A stretch of 64,000 bases of DNA from Phyllosticta citribraziliensis (lineage: Eukaryota). The translations under genes were made by a program, and so were the position numbers. The notes beneath the pieces were generated by a model. That model was not told the origin of the DNA. It saw only the letters and a program-made list of their open reading frames with translations, and did no database searches. Below, in pieces: positions 44,587 to 56,092 of the stretch. The stretch's first letter is position 1; each line of letters opens with the position of its first letter. Where the stretch lies: NCBI RefSeq assembly GCF_038025025.1, contig NW_027117340.1, positions 496,001 to 560,000 of the forward strand, in the 5' to 3' direction.

Positions 44587-46314
44587 GTTGAGTGAGTAAC
44601 TGGCTGCGTGCGCTGGCTGGTGCTTGCTTGGTCTGCTATGCTCTGTTCAGCTCTGTTCTGCCATGTTCTGGTTGCTCTGTGTTTTGATCGTCATTGTGGC
44701 GCTCTACTCTCTACTGCTCTGCTGTAAGAAGTTTTAGACTCGTGGTACCTGCTCCCACCATTCCGCCGATGGAAGGAGCGGGAAGGGGGGGCAATATCAC
44801 AGAAAGAGAGACATTTTTTGTATCATCATTTTCTTTTTCCACTGAAGCGATGGGTAGGATGGACGGATGGATAGGTAGGGCTGGACGCGTGGATGACGTA
44901 GCCGTCTGGCCTGACTGGAAGCGAGGGCTGCTGCATTGAGATGGACGGACAGGCGGGGTGGACGGATGGACGGGCGGGTGGACGGACGCCTCGAAAGGCT
45001 TGCTTCTTTTTTGATCATCTGGTCGTTGGGTTCGCATGCACACTCCACTGCCATCTCCTGTACTTTAGCGGCGGCGGCGGCAGCTCGAACGGGATGTACA
45101 AGAGAAGAAGGGGAAAAAGGAGTGGTAGAAAAGACGTCTGTCTTCGTCCATGCCCTCTCTGTCCGTTTCGTTGTTGAGCTCGTTCTTGTCTTGTTCTTGC
45201 TCGGAAGTCTGTTTGGCTGCTTCGTTGTCTGTCTGTCTGTCTGTCCGCTCGTCCTGCCCTTTGTCCGGAGTCAAGTTTATCTGCCGTCTGTTCCCGCGCT
45301 GTGCTGGATTGGAATTGTACTCTACTGTTTACCTATGTTGTATGATACCTTTTCTGCCAGCGCACCTGTCTGTCTCCCTTCTCTCCGCAAGTCTTCATTT
45401 CCCAAGAAAGCCAAGTTCCTGCGACCTACACCTGTCCTTCGCGCTCCCTCGATCTTGTTTGCTTTCCCTTTCGCTGCCCTTTCCTTTCTTCTACCACACT
45501 AGCTCTCCAGATCAGACCAAACCCGGTTGACCGGACTGCAAACACCAAAAACGAAGGAAGACCGTGCTAACGCAACCGTCTTCTCGAGCAGATTCAGCTT
45601 CTTCCCGCACGCGCCGGTGTAATTTACCAGCACCCAGCGTCGTCGCGTAGCTACATACGTCGCGGCCGACGGCGACACTGACGACGAGAGAGCTCGAACG
45701 GCACTGCTTTCGCCGGCAGCAGAGATGGCGGCACCACCACCTCCTTCCGCTTTGAGCGCTGTCCTCGGACTTTGATTTTGGAATCAGTGTGGGGACTGGG
45801 ACATGGTTCAATGCGTGCGCCCGGCATCCAGGGAGCGGCGGAAGAGATGGAGGGCCCACGTGTTCGCGGATTCGATTGCCTGTTTTGACTTCCCAGAGCG
45901 CTGAGAGCGAGAAGTGCGTGTTCATTCAGATGGGTAAACGGGTGGGGTGGCTAGAGGGAGAAAGGCGTTCAGGCGACCTCTATCTCTTTCGATTTCTTGT
46001 TGTGTTTGGCTTCCCATCGAGCTCCTTGTTATCTAAGGCGCCATGAGCAGCAGAGTAATGTAGCAGCGATGGTTTAGACCAGGTACAAGGACACTTGGGA
46101 CATTTTCTGAATTTCAAGACAGTCTGAGTCTTTGTGAAGCAAATTTTAAGATTCATCATCGTCCCTCTTTGGTATCGACGCCGTTCTGTCCACCCCCGAG
46201 CTAGAGGTATAGCTGCCTCATTTATCCGTAAACGCCAGCCTACTTATGATTGATCAACGCGCCCATTCGTACGAATCCCGTCAGCTCTTCATTCACGCCC
46301 GTTGCCGCCGCGCC

Positions 46315-47595
46315 TCACACGACCATGTGCTGGGCATAGAACTCCGGATGCCGGCTCTGAATCATCGTCGTGATGCGCTCCACCTCCTCGGCCAAGCTGC
46401 GCACATTGTCGTCCCACTTGCGCAACTCGCCGCCCACAGCGCGGTCCAGGTTGCTAGTTGTCGCGTTCTTCTTGCCGCTGGCCTCGCCGCCCTCGAAGTA
46501 GATGTACGCCGTGATCTGATCAATGTGCCCGGCCAAGCGGCCCTGCTCGATCATCTGCGCAGCGTAGTTCTCTGCCCGCTCTGCGTCCACGTTCAGCAGC
46601 TCGCCCAGCTGCGCCATGCCAATGTTGCTGTACAGCCTCGACGCCGCGAGGAGGTTGTGCTCCAGGACCGCCTTGTCCAGCACCGTGCTGCCGTCCGACG
46701 TCTTGGCCAGCTGGTGCGGCTCTAGCTTCGCTGCGAAGGCGGCCACTTCTTCCGGTGTAAGCAGCCGGTCCAGAAATATCTTCTCCAAGATGCCATATTC
46801 GTCGACTTGACTTGCACGGTCGTCCTTGTAGAGGCGGGCGAGGGTGCGGCCACGCTGGGGTCCGGCAGGTGCCAGCACGGCGCACTTGATGGCGGCAGAA
46901 AGGGCTTGCAGGCGCTCCTCTTCGTCGACTATGGTCTCGGAAGAGATGCTGTGATATGCGGCGCTAGCATCCAAGAAGGCGCGCTGTGAGTCGTAGATGC
47001 GGGCTTGCGAGAATTGGAAATTGAGCCTGGCGGTTTTGTCCGATACATCATGGATGATATTCTTGACGCGGCTGAGGTAGGTTGTGGCAGAAGTCGGGTC
47101 ATCCTCTTCGAGGTAGCAGCGCACAATGTGGATCCACACTTTGGCCTTGTCGTCGGCTGTGATGGCGCGTTGGGAAGAGTCGAGTGTGATTGTTTGGAGG
47201 ATTTTTGCGGACGAGACAAAGTCTTCATTTGCTTCGTGGGCATCGGCGACGATTTCCTTGAGCTGAGTATCTTGTTCTTCGTAGAGGACGACTCGCGGTT
47301 GTAACAGGTCCAGGGCTCGCTGCCCGACTTCAATCTTGACATCTGGGTCTTTGATGGTGCGAAACTTTTCCACAAAAGAGATGAGCAGCGGCTTCGAGGA
47401 AATCTGATTGAGGGTGTCTCCGAGGATGGACTCCACGTAGGCGATCAGGTTCGGTGCGAGTGTCTCCGGCGTTGAAGTGTCAATGACTCTGTTCAACAGC
47501 TCATTGTAGCCCGAGGTCTTGGAGGACGTCGACGGCGATTCCAGTTCCCTCAGAGCTGCCGTAACTTCAGCAGAGGCTTGCGCGTCAGAATTCAT
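46315..47595 (-). CDS. CSN4: COP9 signalosome subunit 4 (PCI domain), intronless
   Basis: RCYLEEDD, CAVLAPAGPQRGRTLARLYKDDR, DGSTVLDKAVLEHNLLAASRLYSNI...AENYAAQMIEQGRLAGHIDQI. Confidence 0.93.
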   Translation of the reverse strand: MNSDAQASAEVTAALRELESPSTSSKTSGYNELLNRVIDTSTPETLAPNLIAYVESILGDTLNQISSKPLLISFVEKFRTIKDPDVKIEVGQRALDLLQPRVVLYEEQDTQLKEIVADAHEANEDFVSSAKILQTITLDSSQRAITADDKAKVWIHIVRCYLEEDDPTSATTYLSRVKNIIHDVSDKTARLNFQFSQARIYDSQRAFLDASAAYHSISSETIVDEEERLQALSAAIKCAVLAPAGPQRGRTLARLYKDDRASQVDEYGILEKIFLDRLLTPEEVAAFAAKLEPHQLAKTSDGSTVLDKAVLEHNLLAASRLYSNIGMAQLGELLNVDAERAENYAAQMIEQGRLAGHIDQITAYIYFEGGEASGKKNATTSNLDRAVGGELRKWDDNVRSLAEEVERITTMIQSRHPEFYAQHMVV

Positions 47596-47947
47596 GGTGA
47601 CAGGGTCGGTTGGGGTTGAGGTTGAAAGTTAGGTTGTGGCTGCAGCGGGAGCAAGCAAGCTGTGGTGGAGTACCACCCACCCACGTTAGCCGCCTGGAGC
47701 TAAGGTAATCGATAAGCCGCTATGACACCCGCGTTCATTTGACCTCCGCCGCAGCGCATGCTGCCTTTGACCCTTTCAACTCCACACCCTGCCCGCCCTT
47801 CACGCCCTCCTCTGTCGCGCATCGTCTTCTCACCCGCTGCGACACTTTACGCACGCTGTAGTGCGCGACGCGCTACCCGCAGACCGAAGCTGCTCGCCTC
47901 CACGACCACCGCTCTGTACCGATACGCCTCACGCCCGGCCCGCAATC

Positions 47948-49070
47948 ATGAACGGGGTCAAGATGGAAGAAGATACACCGATCAAGCCTGATCCGGAAAT
48001 GGCATCTCCCGGCGGTGGCTTTGTGGACGACGACATGTTTGAAGACACTGGCGAACTCAACATTCCTCCCGACTTTCCTGCGAGCCAGACGGTGTGGTTG
48101 ACACGCGTGCCCAAGTGGCTTTGGGATAGACTGGCCGATTTCGACGACGACGAAGAGATCGAGATAGGCCGCATCTACAGCTGGAAAGAGCCTGGAAGTA
48201 GTGAAGAAAAGGTTGGCATCACTCGACGTACATTGTCAGCTGGGTCTTGAACTGGGTTTGCTGACAAGCCTGGCTGAGTAGGTCAAATTCCAACTGCGAC
48301 TGGATGCCGACGGCTTCAATAAATTCACGGACATACCCAAGGAATACAAGCTCAATACGACAAACCCCAACCCCAGCAGCGTCTACGTATTCTCGGAGAA
48401 GGATTTGGAGGGCTACAACCCGAACGCCTACAAGCGTCCAGGCCGTGCGAACCAGCCTGGTGGCAACAACCACGTAAAGGACGGACGGGTAGACAGGTAC
48501 AGCAAGCGCGGCAAGAAACCCATTCCAAAGCATACCACACTTGCGGCCAAAGACGTCCGGGACGTGAACTGCGTCCCGATTGACAACAAAGAACTCGCCC
48601 AATTCCGCCTCAAGCAGAACAAGAAGACGGCGGCCGGATCGAACAAGCTTGTCATTGAAGACCTTACCAAGCTCACTAGCGCCATTGGAGGCACTACAGC
48701 CGCGGACCCGTCAATCACGATAGAAGCCAAGGCCAAGCCGAAGGCTCAAGACAACAAGTTTGCGCGTATCCCACAAAACGAGCTGCTCGATATGCTGCTC
48801 AGGCTGTTCCAAGAGTACAAGTACTGGCCCATTAAAGCGCTCAAGGATAAGACGCGCCAGCCTGAGGCGTATCTCAGAGAGACTTTGACCAAGATCGCCA
48901 CTCTGGTGCGGACGGGGCCGTTTGCAAACAACTGGATGCTCAACAAAGAAGCTGAAGAGGCCAATTACGCGCACCTCGCCAATGTTGATGTGAAGGATGA
49001 GATGGCCCCCGCGCCCGACTATGATGACGACGACGACGATGGGGACGACGAGATGGTCGATGCGCTTTGA
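47948..49070 (+). CDS. TFG2: Transcription initiation factor TFIIF beta subunit (RAP30); 2 exons (intron 48212-48281)
   Basis: VWLTRVPKWLW, IEIGRI, IPKEYKL, YVFSEKDL, IPKHTTL, and winged-helix ARIPQNELLDMLLRLFQEYKYWPIKALKDKTRQPEAYLRETL. Confidence 0.9.
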
Positions 49071-49451
49071 GCATCTCTGGGAGGTAAGGTCATGAAGAAT
49101 TGCATGGGACGGCGTCTAGGAGACATTGGAATACCCGTGATTGGTATCATGGGCTTGTTGCAGTTTTCAACGGCAGTTTGAAAGGGCGTTTTGTGGGCTT
49201 TACAAAGAAGAGTGTCAAGGAGGTCTATATCCAATTACTAGAGCAAACAATCAAAACCAAATGTGTGCATGGTATCCGACTTTACGGGCTGCGGCTGTTG
49301 CACGTCACCTCCGCCCCCCGGGCCGGCCGCGCCAAGATTCATCGGCCCGAAATTTTCCGGCCAGATTCTCGTGGATGCGACTCTGGAGCTGTTCGACAAC
49401 TCGTACGCCAATCGTCCTGGCTCCAGCTTGCTGCGAGCTCCAATCCCCAAA

Positions 49452-50417
49452 ATGTTTTCCCGAACGATACGGCGGTCAATTGTCGACGCCAGGTCTGCAT
49501 TGACCCCAACCTACTCCCTGCCAATCCGCGCACACCTCTCGACCGTCTCGAATACTCTCGAGCCAGGCAATGTCCCCGAACCGCTCACCAACGCATCCGG
49601 CCACAAGACCAGCAGGACGGCCGATTACAGGCCCAATCTGAAGGGTAGCCGCCAGACGAAGACGCCCTCGATCCCCAATGACTCGGTAGCAACACCTCCC
49701 GCTCCTCCCTCTGCCTCTCCGCTGCCGCCGCCCACCGCCCAAGCGCCATCCACGGGCACCACCCCTCTGTCAGATTCGGTCAAGGAGCTGCTGCCGCTGC
49801 TCCACGCGCAGACGCCGCACTACATGGTCGCACACATCCACGCCAGAGCGTACATGGTGACGCTGGGCGACACGGTGCGGCTGCCGTTCCTGATGCCAGA
49901 CGTGCAGCCGGGCGACGTGCTGCGGCTGAACCGAGCGACGGTAGTCGGCTCGCGCGAATTCACGCTGCGCGCGCCGGCGTCGATCAAGGGGACGCGCGAG
50001 GACCCCGGGCGCAAGATGCGCTACGTCGACGACCGCGTCTTCGTGTGCCGCGCCACGGTCGTGGGCACCGAGAGCGAGCCCATGCGCATCAAGGAGAAGA
50101 CCAAGCAGCGCAACCGCCACATCAAGCACGCCAAGAGCAAGCACAAGTATACGGTCCTGCGCATCTCGGAGCTCACCGTCCGGAGCCTGGCGGAGGTTGA
50201 GGCCGAGGAGGAGGAGCTGGCCGAGGCGGAGGTTGCGGCCGAGGCTAGGAGAGAGACTGCTAGGGCGAAGAAGAGGAATAGAGAGGAGAAGAAGAAGAAT
50301 AAAGAGGAGGAGAAGAAGAATAGAGAGGAGGAGGAGAAGAAGATGAAGATGAAGGCAGAGTCTCCCGAAGCGAGTGTGGCCGACGCGGAACCAGAGCCAG
50401 TGAAGCAGGAAGCATAG
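49452..50417 (+). CDS. Mitochondrial ribosomal protein bL21m (yeast MrpL49-like) with a charged C-terminal tail
   Basis: Arg/Ser-rich presequence MFSRTIRRS; L21 core HIHARAYMVTLGDTVRLPF...PGDVLRLNRATVVGSREFTL...KTKQRNRHIKHAKSKHKYTVLRISEL. Confidence 0.85.
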   Translation: MFSRTIRRSIVDARSALTPTYSLPIRAHLSTVSNTLEPGNVPEPLTNASGHKTSRTADYRPNLKGSRQTKTPSIPNDSVATPPAPPSASPLPPPTAQAPSTGTTPLSDSVKELLPLLHAQTPHYMVAHIHARAYMVTLGDTVRLPFLMPDVQPGDVLRLNRATVVGSREFTLRAPASIKGTREDPGRKMRYVDDRVFVCRATVVGTESEPMRIKEKTKQRNRHIKHAKSKHKYTVLRISELTVRSLAEVEAEEEELAEAEVAAEARRETARAKKRNREEKKKNKEEEKKNREEEEKKMKMKAESPEASVADAEPEPVKQEA

Positions 50418-50937
50418 AGCGAGCCCGAGAGCCGCGAAGACAACTCAATTTTGGCCGCACATTTAAGAGTACAGGGGAAACCGACGGATGGCAGGAACCC
50501 AGGCGGAGCCACGTTGAGAGATGCGTCTAGTCCGCCAAAGCGAGAGATGGACCGAGTGTCAAGCGTAGCAAAGGAGAACGAGTTGACGAGCCCTCGGAGC
50601 AGCCGAGGAAGCTGTGAAAGGAAGGGGATTACTACCACAACCCTGGAATCTACCGTCCATGGACGAGCAGAGCGGAGCATGCCATGCATTTGTGGCGGTA
50701 TAGAAGCCGCGGACATTGTTGTATCCAGCTGTAAAATACCAAAAATCAAGCATGGCTTTGGATGACGAATGGGAGTGTAACGAATAGCATTTTGGCTAGA
50801 CAACTAGTAGAAAACCACAATACTCAGCCGCTAACCCCAGGCCACCGCCCTTCAACACCGAACAAGATATGTAGGTGATAGTAACATACACGTCAAGACA
50901 CCAACTGCAGCAACTGCAACACCATCACTCGTTTGCT

Positions 50938-53900
50938 TTACACCTCCTCATCGCTCTCCTCGCCCAACAGCTCGCCCTCGTCCGGATCCACGACGGCGTA
51001 ATCGCCCCTCGCAAACGAGCTTCTAGACGTAAATGTGCGTCCGCCATACCCACCACCCAAACCGCCATAGCTGCCGCTCGCGCGGCCGAACCAGCCCTGC
51101 GCCGAGCGCCAAAGGGAAGCGGCGAGGAGCGGCACGGCCGCCGCAACAGCGACAGCCGCCGAGACGGCGGCAACGGGCCAGGCAATCCAGCGCGAGTCCG
51201 AGTCGAAGCTGGTGGTGTGCGTCGAGTCGCCGAGGCGGATGCGGCCAAACTTGCCGTCCCAGTTGCGCCAGGCGTAGTAGCCGATGCCGGCGGCCGCCGC
51301 GATGGGGATGACGACGGCGAAGAAGACGCCCGTCGCCGACGGGCCGTGCTTTTTGCGGTACTCTTCTTCCTTGTTGGGGCAGGGAGCCGTGCCCGCCGAC
51401 AGGTCCAGCTCCACGCCGCCAGAGCACGTCGTGATGGGGATGCGGCGGTAGCCTGTGATCTTCTTGTATTCGATGACTTTGGGGTCCGAGCAGACTGCCA
51501 TCGGGTCTGCCGGCTCAAGGCCCTCGACCAGTTTACAGGATCCGTCGCTTTGGCGCTCGTAGTTGTAGTCGCTGCGAGACGTTAGCTAGAGTTGTCAGGG
51601 GAGCGTTTAGTGGGACTAACCATTCAAAGTCCTGCCGCGTACAAGTGCAGTTCTTGGCGATGTTGTGCAGCTTTTGTATGTCGTGCTCATTCCAGCACTT
51701 GGCTCCAATCTTCTTCCTGTGGTATTGAGCGACGTGACCGAACAGACAGTTATCCTCTTGCATCGGGTGTTTCGGCTCCCAAAGATCGTAGTCGCCTGCA
51801 GTCGGGTTCTTCTCGTCCAGTTCACAGGCACGGTCGTAGAGGCCGGAAAAGTCCAGGTTGACGGTGATGAGGTTGCCGTCAGCCTTGCCCCAGAGCAGGA
51901 AATTCTTCGACGTGTCACTTGGGACGGTCGAGATGGAGTTGATGATGACGGCCTTGCCGGGACTGAACTCGTACTCTTCCCAGGTGCTGCCTTCATCGAC
52001 GGAATAGAAGATGGCTGTGACGGGCTCCCCTTCCTTGACAATCACGATGATGGAACCTTGGTCGCCAAACTCCCACATGTAGGTACCCTTCATGGCTTCG
52101 TGCCAGGTGTTGCCGCCATCGCGGGTAACAAACGTGTTGCCGTCCCTGTAGCGGCCAAGGTATTCGCCGACGTTGCCAACACCCATCATGAGGCCAACGG
52201 CAGAGGGCGACGAAAAGGTGTCCCTAGGGTCCTTACGCTCCGTGTAGCCATGGACGTGGAGAGAGCACTTATCCAGCGACGAGCCGGGGCAATCGTACTT
52301 TTTACCGTCAGAGTCCTTTTCAGGAGGCGACAAAAGAACCCAGTCCGCTCCGTCGTTGTGAGTAATAAACGATTTGAGCTTCTTTGCAGCTCCTTTGTCC
52401 ACGTCCTGTGCATTCGCAACAATGTTGATCAGAGCAACGCCCTCTAGACCTTGCATCTTCTCGAAGTCAACGTAGCCATCTTCGTTCCTGTTCACCTGAG
52501 CGACGCTGAGAACATATTCGGTACCATTGCTGTTGCTCTTCAAGATGGTGCCGTATTCCTGCTCGCGCTCATTGTTGATCGTGACGTGGAGGAATACAGA
52601 GTGGGTCGAGCTGTCCAATACAGTGTATGCTTGTCGGTGATCCAAGTTGAACTTGGGCGGGAACTCGGCTTCCGCAAAAGTTTTGCCGTCGATGCTGGCG
52701 TCCACCTTGAGCGAGGTGCGGTTCTCCGTCTTCTTCGCCACGATGATGAATTCTGCCATGGTCGCGAAGTTGGCCACATCTTCATAGTGGACTGTCTTGG
52801 TTTGAAACCAATCGGTGCTTCCCAAAAGCTGGAGAGGGTTCGTGGTGTCCTCGCCCGCGTATTGTTCACAAAAGACGAGCTTCTCGCTGTCGGCGCGCTC
52901 CTCCCTCCACGCGAATTGACACTTTTGGACGAATGGAAGCATTGGCTCCCAGCTGCCTTCCAAGCCGCCCTTCGTCGAGACATAGGCAACTGAGTGACAG
53001 TCGCCACTTCGCATGTCACAGTCCTTGCTGCCTGTCCAGAGTATCCAGCTCTTCGCGTGCGGATGGAATCCCATGGTAGGAAGCCTCTCCCGGGTTGGAG
53101 GAGCAGGCGCTTCAAACTTATGGATGCTGTTACCCAGACCACGGTTGTCCGAATAGTAGACAGTCTTGTCGGGAGTCAGGAAATAAACAATGTCGTTGAA
53201 GTACTGGTGGGGATAAATGGTGACGACCTCGCCGTCGACAGCAGGCTCCCAGCTCTTGCCATGGTCGTGGCTGATGTGGGCTGTGCGCATGTCGTCGAGG
53301 ATCACGACAGTCTCGTCTGATTCAGCATTGGCCGCCGACGTCCTCTCCAGATAGTAGTATTCTCGGTATGCGCCGGCCTGCTTGAACTTGGTTAGAGTGG
53401 CTTCGACCTTGCCGCTCGAAGCGGGTTTCTTGGACTCAGCACAAGGCCTCTCGACGGGTTTGTCTTTTTCGCTGGCGCTATCTTCGCACTGGTTTCCGGG
53501 AATAAGACGCCAGCCAGAAGTGCCTCGAAATGTCTCCTCCCCGTTCTGGCACTGTCCATTGGGCACTGGCACCGGTCCAGCTGGCACACACTTGTCGCCC
53601 TCGCGAACAAAGTTGAAGTCGCATTCGTAGTCGGCGTCAGTGCACTTGCACGCTTCCCACTTCGGCTCGGGGTCCACGAATTCGTCCTTGATGAAGCAGT
53701 CCGCGTCGGGCTTCCTCCGTCGGTAAGACTGGGTCCGGCCCATGACACATCCAGGCTTGCCGTCAACCTCGCGTGCATGCCATAGCTCGAAGTCGTCGTC
53801 CTTGCACTGACGCTCGTGAAGCCCGTCAAAGTCCAGAGAGTAGATCAGCCACGTAAGGCCTTCCCTGGCCACGAGAACAAACTTGAGGCTAGTCGAGTCA

Positions 53901-55451
53901 GGGATGGTGGTCAGTTCGTGAGCGACGATTTTGGAATCCAACTCCACCGTTGCCCAGTCTTTGCCGTGGTTCAACGAGTAGCGGACCTTGTTGGTCTCGC
54001 CCTTGTCGTAGACCGCAACCAGCAGAGAGCCCTTGTCTCCAAACTCATACTTGTGCGGACTATCAAGAGCATGCCTCCAAGTTATGCCAGCATCATCAGA
54101 CACCCAAAGATCTCCATCATCGTAGGCTTTGAGGTAGTCTCCCGTGTTGCCGACCCCCATTACAAGGCCCGGTGCAGGACTGGAAAAGACCTTGCCGCTA
54201 TTGCGCTGTTCGGTGTACGAATGCAGATTGAGAGTCTTGCCATCCTTGGTCTTCAATTTCTGAAACGTGCGACCATCGTCGAAGCTGATTTGGGAAATGA
54301 CTTGCTTCTTCTCGAAAAGGGGGTTGTGTTCCAGCTTCTCCCAGTTCTTGACCGTGTTTACGATGATGATGCCTTGAATGTTCGTCACTTTCTCAAAGTC
54401 GACGTAGCCAAGTTCGTCACGATTCGTGTGATCGATGTTGCGCGCGAAGTAGGTGCCGTTCGAATTGCTCGTGAAAAGATTTCCCATGTTTGCCCACTTG
54501 GACGACATGACGTCGACTTGGACGCTGTAGTTGGAGGATTCCAGGATAGTGTAGGCGTCCTCCTCGAGTTTGTGAGCTCCAAACTCAGCTCTGTGCCAGT
54601 TGTTCGAGTCGTGGGTCACGTAGAGCGCCATTTCGTCGGTGCCGTCGGACTTGGCCGCAGAGACAATGTAGGCTTTTGCTGACGCTAGGTGTGCCATGCC
54701 CGCAACAGTCCGTCCGTCAGACATTGGAGGCTCGACAATGGTCTCGCCAAAGTTGTCCGTCATTACTAACCGGTAGTCTTTTCTTTGCTTGGAGAACTTG
54801 CCCTCCGTCACACACAGTATCCGATTCTTGTCCGTGTCTTCGGATCCAGAGTAGAAAGCGTTGGTGGTGCGCGCCCACATGCAGGTCTTCCTGCCATCGA
54901 CCAAGGGTTTGAAGTGCTCGAATCCATTCGTGGTATACCATGTCTGCTCGCACCGTCAGCAGTGAACCAGGCCTGGGCCAACAGCGGCTTACCTTTCCCA
55001 CGCAATTCATCCACAAGTCGCAACGGTCCGCGCCGTTGAACAAGACCCTCTCCGGATCATCCGCATGCCAGCCGATGGGACTGTAGGGACTGGGGTCCGC
55101 CTCGGGGGTCTCAAACTTGCGCCAAGTCTCGCCGTAATCTTTGGTATACCAGTGTAACCGCTTCCGCCCCAAGGCCACGGCAACCTTGTTGTTGTAGGGG
55201 TGGTGGAGGACCTGGTAGACCTGATCCTCCTTGAGAGGGTGGAGGCGCTCCCATTCCTGACCAGAGTCGGTGGTCCGCCAGACTCTGCCCGAGTCGGCCT
55301 CGGTGACGATAGCTGTCTCGGTATCGTCGAAGAAGAAGAGGCCGCGGGGTTGGCCGTCGAAGGTCTTCTTGCGGACGGTGGGCCCATCGGACTTTGCGAG
55401 GGAGCCGATGGCGAGCAGCAGAGGCAGCCAGACGGCCTTGTGTATTATCAT
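50938..55451 (-). CDS. PEP1: Vacuolar protein sorting receptor Vps10; 3 exons
   Basis: Signal peptide, two Vps10 beta-propeller modules with BNR repeats (SFDDGRTF, SDDAGITW, THNDGADW, TRDGGNTW), Cys-rich 10CC segments, a TM helix and a cytosolic tail. Introns at about 54990-54948 and 51620-51573. Confidence 0.95.
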
Positions 55452-55958
55452 GATGGCATGGGGAGTTGTGGAGAGGTGTACGGTCTCGAAGTATGGCCCC
55501 GGTCAAGCTTGATGCCAGCTTAGCGCGCGGTCGCGGGCAACCTCCGGCAGGGTAGGTTACGTATGTGCGCTCGGGCCAGGACCGGACGCAGAGGGTTTGG
55601 CTTTGGCTGCGCGACGGACGTTTGACAAGTCGATGAAGCTGATGATTGACGATGCAGTCGTCGTTGCAGCTTCGCAGCCCGACCAAAACACTTTTTTGCG
55701 TGCTGCCGTCATTGCTGAACGCTTCCAGGCTGCTTCGGGCCACCGCCAAGGCCATACGGATGTGCTGCAGGGGCCGCGTTGGTTGCATCTCCGCCCGACC
55801 AGGATGGCTGCCTTTTCTCAACACCACGCCCTAACATCCTCGGCAGTCCATCCCCGTCTCTCTCTTGCGTTGCCCTGTTTTTGTTTTTTGCTGACGTTGT
55901 CGCTGTACATTGCAGTATCTGAGGCTTGAATATACATCTATAAACAACAGATAGTGGG

Positions 55959-55995
55959 AAGAAAAGGGAGAAAAAAAAAAAGAAAAAAGAAAAAA
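55959..55995. repeat. A-rich tract in the VPS10/acyltransferase divergent intergenic region
   Basis: Visible poly(A)-rich run; possible nucleosome-depleted element (inference). Confidence 0.6.
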
Positions 55996-56092
55996 CCTCG
56001 CATCTGGTCCGCAAGGCTGAGACCACAGGAAACACGCCGTCGGCAGCAAGCTCCATACGGAACATCTGCTCTACCCTGTATAAAACCTTAAA

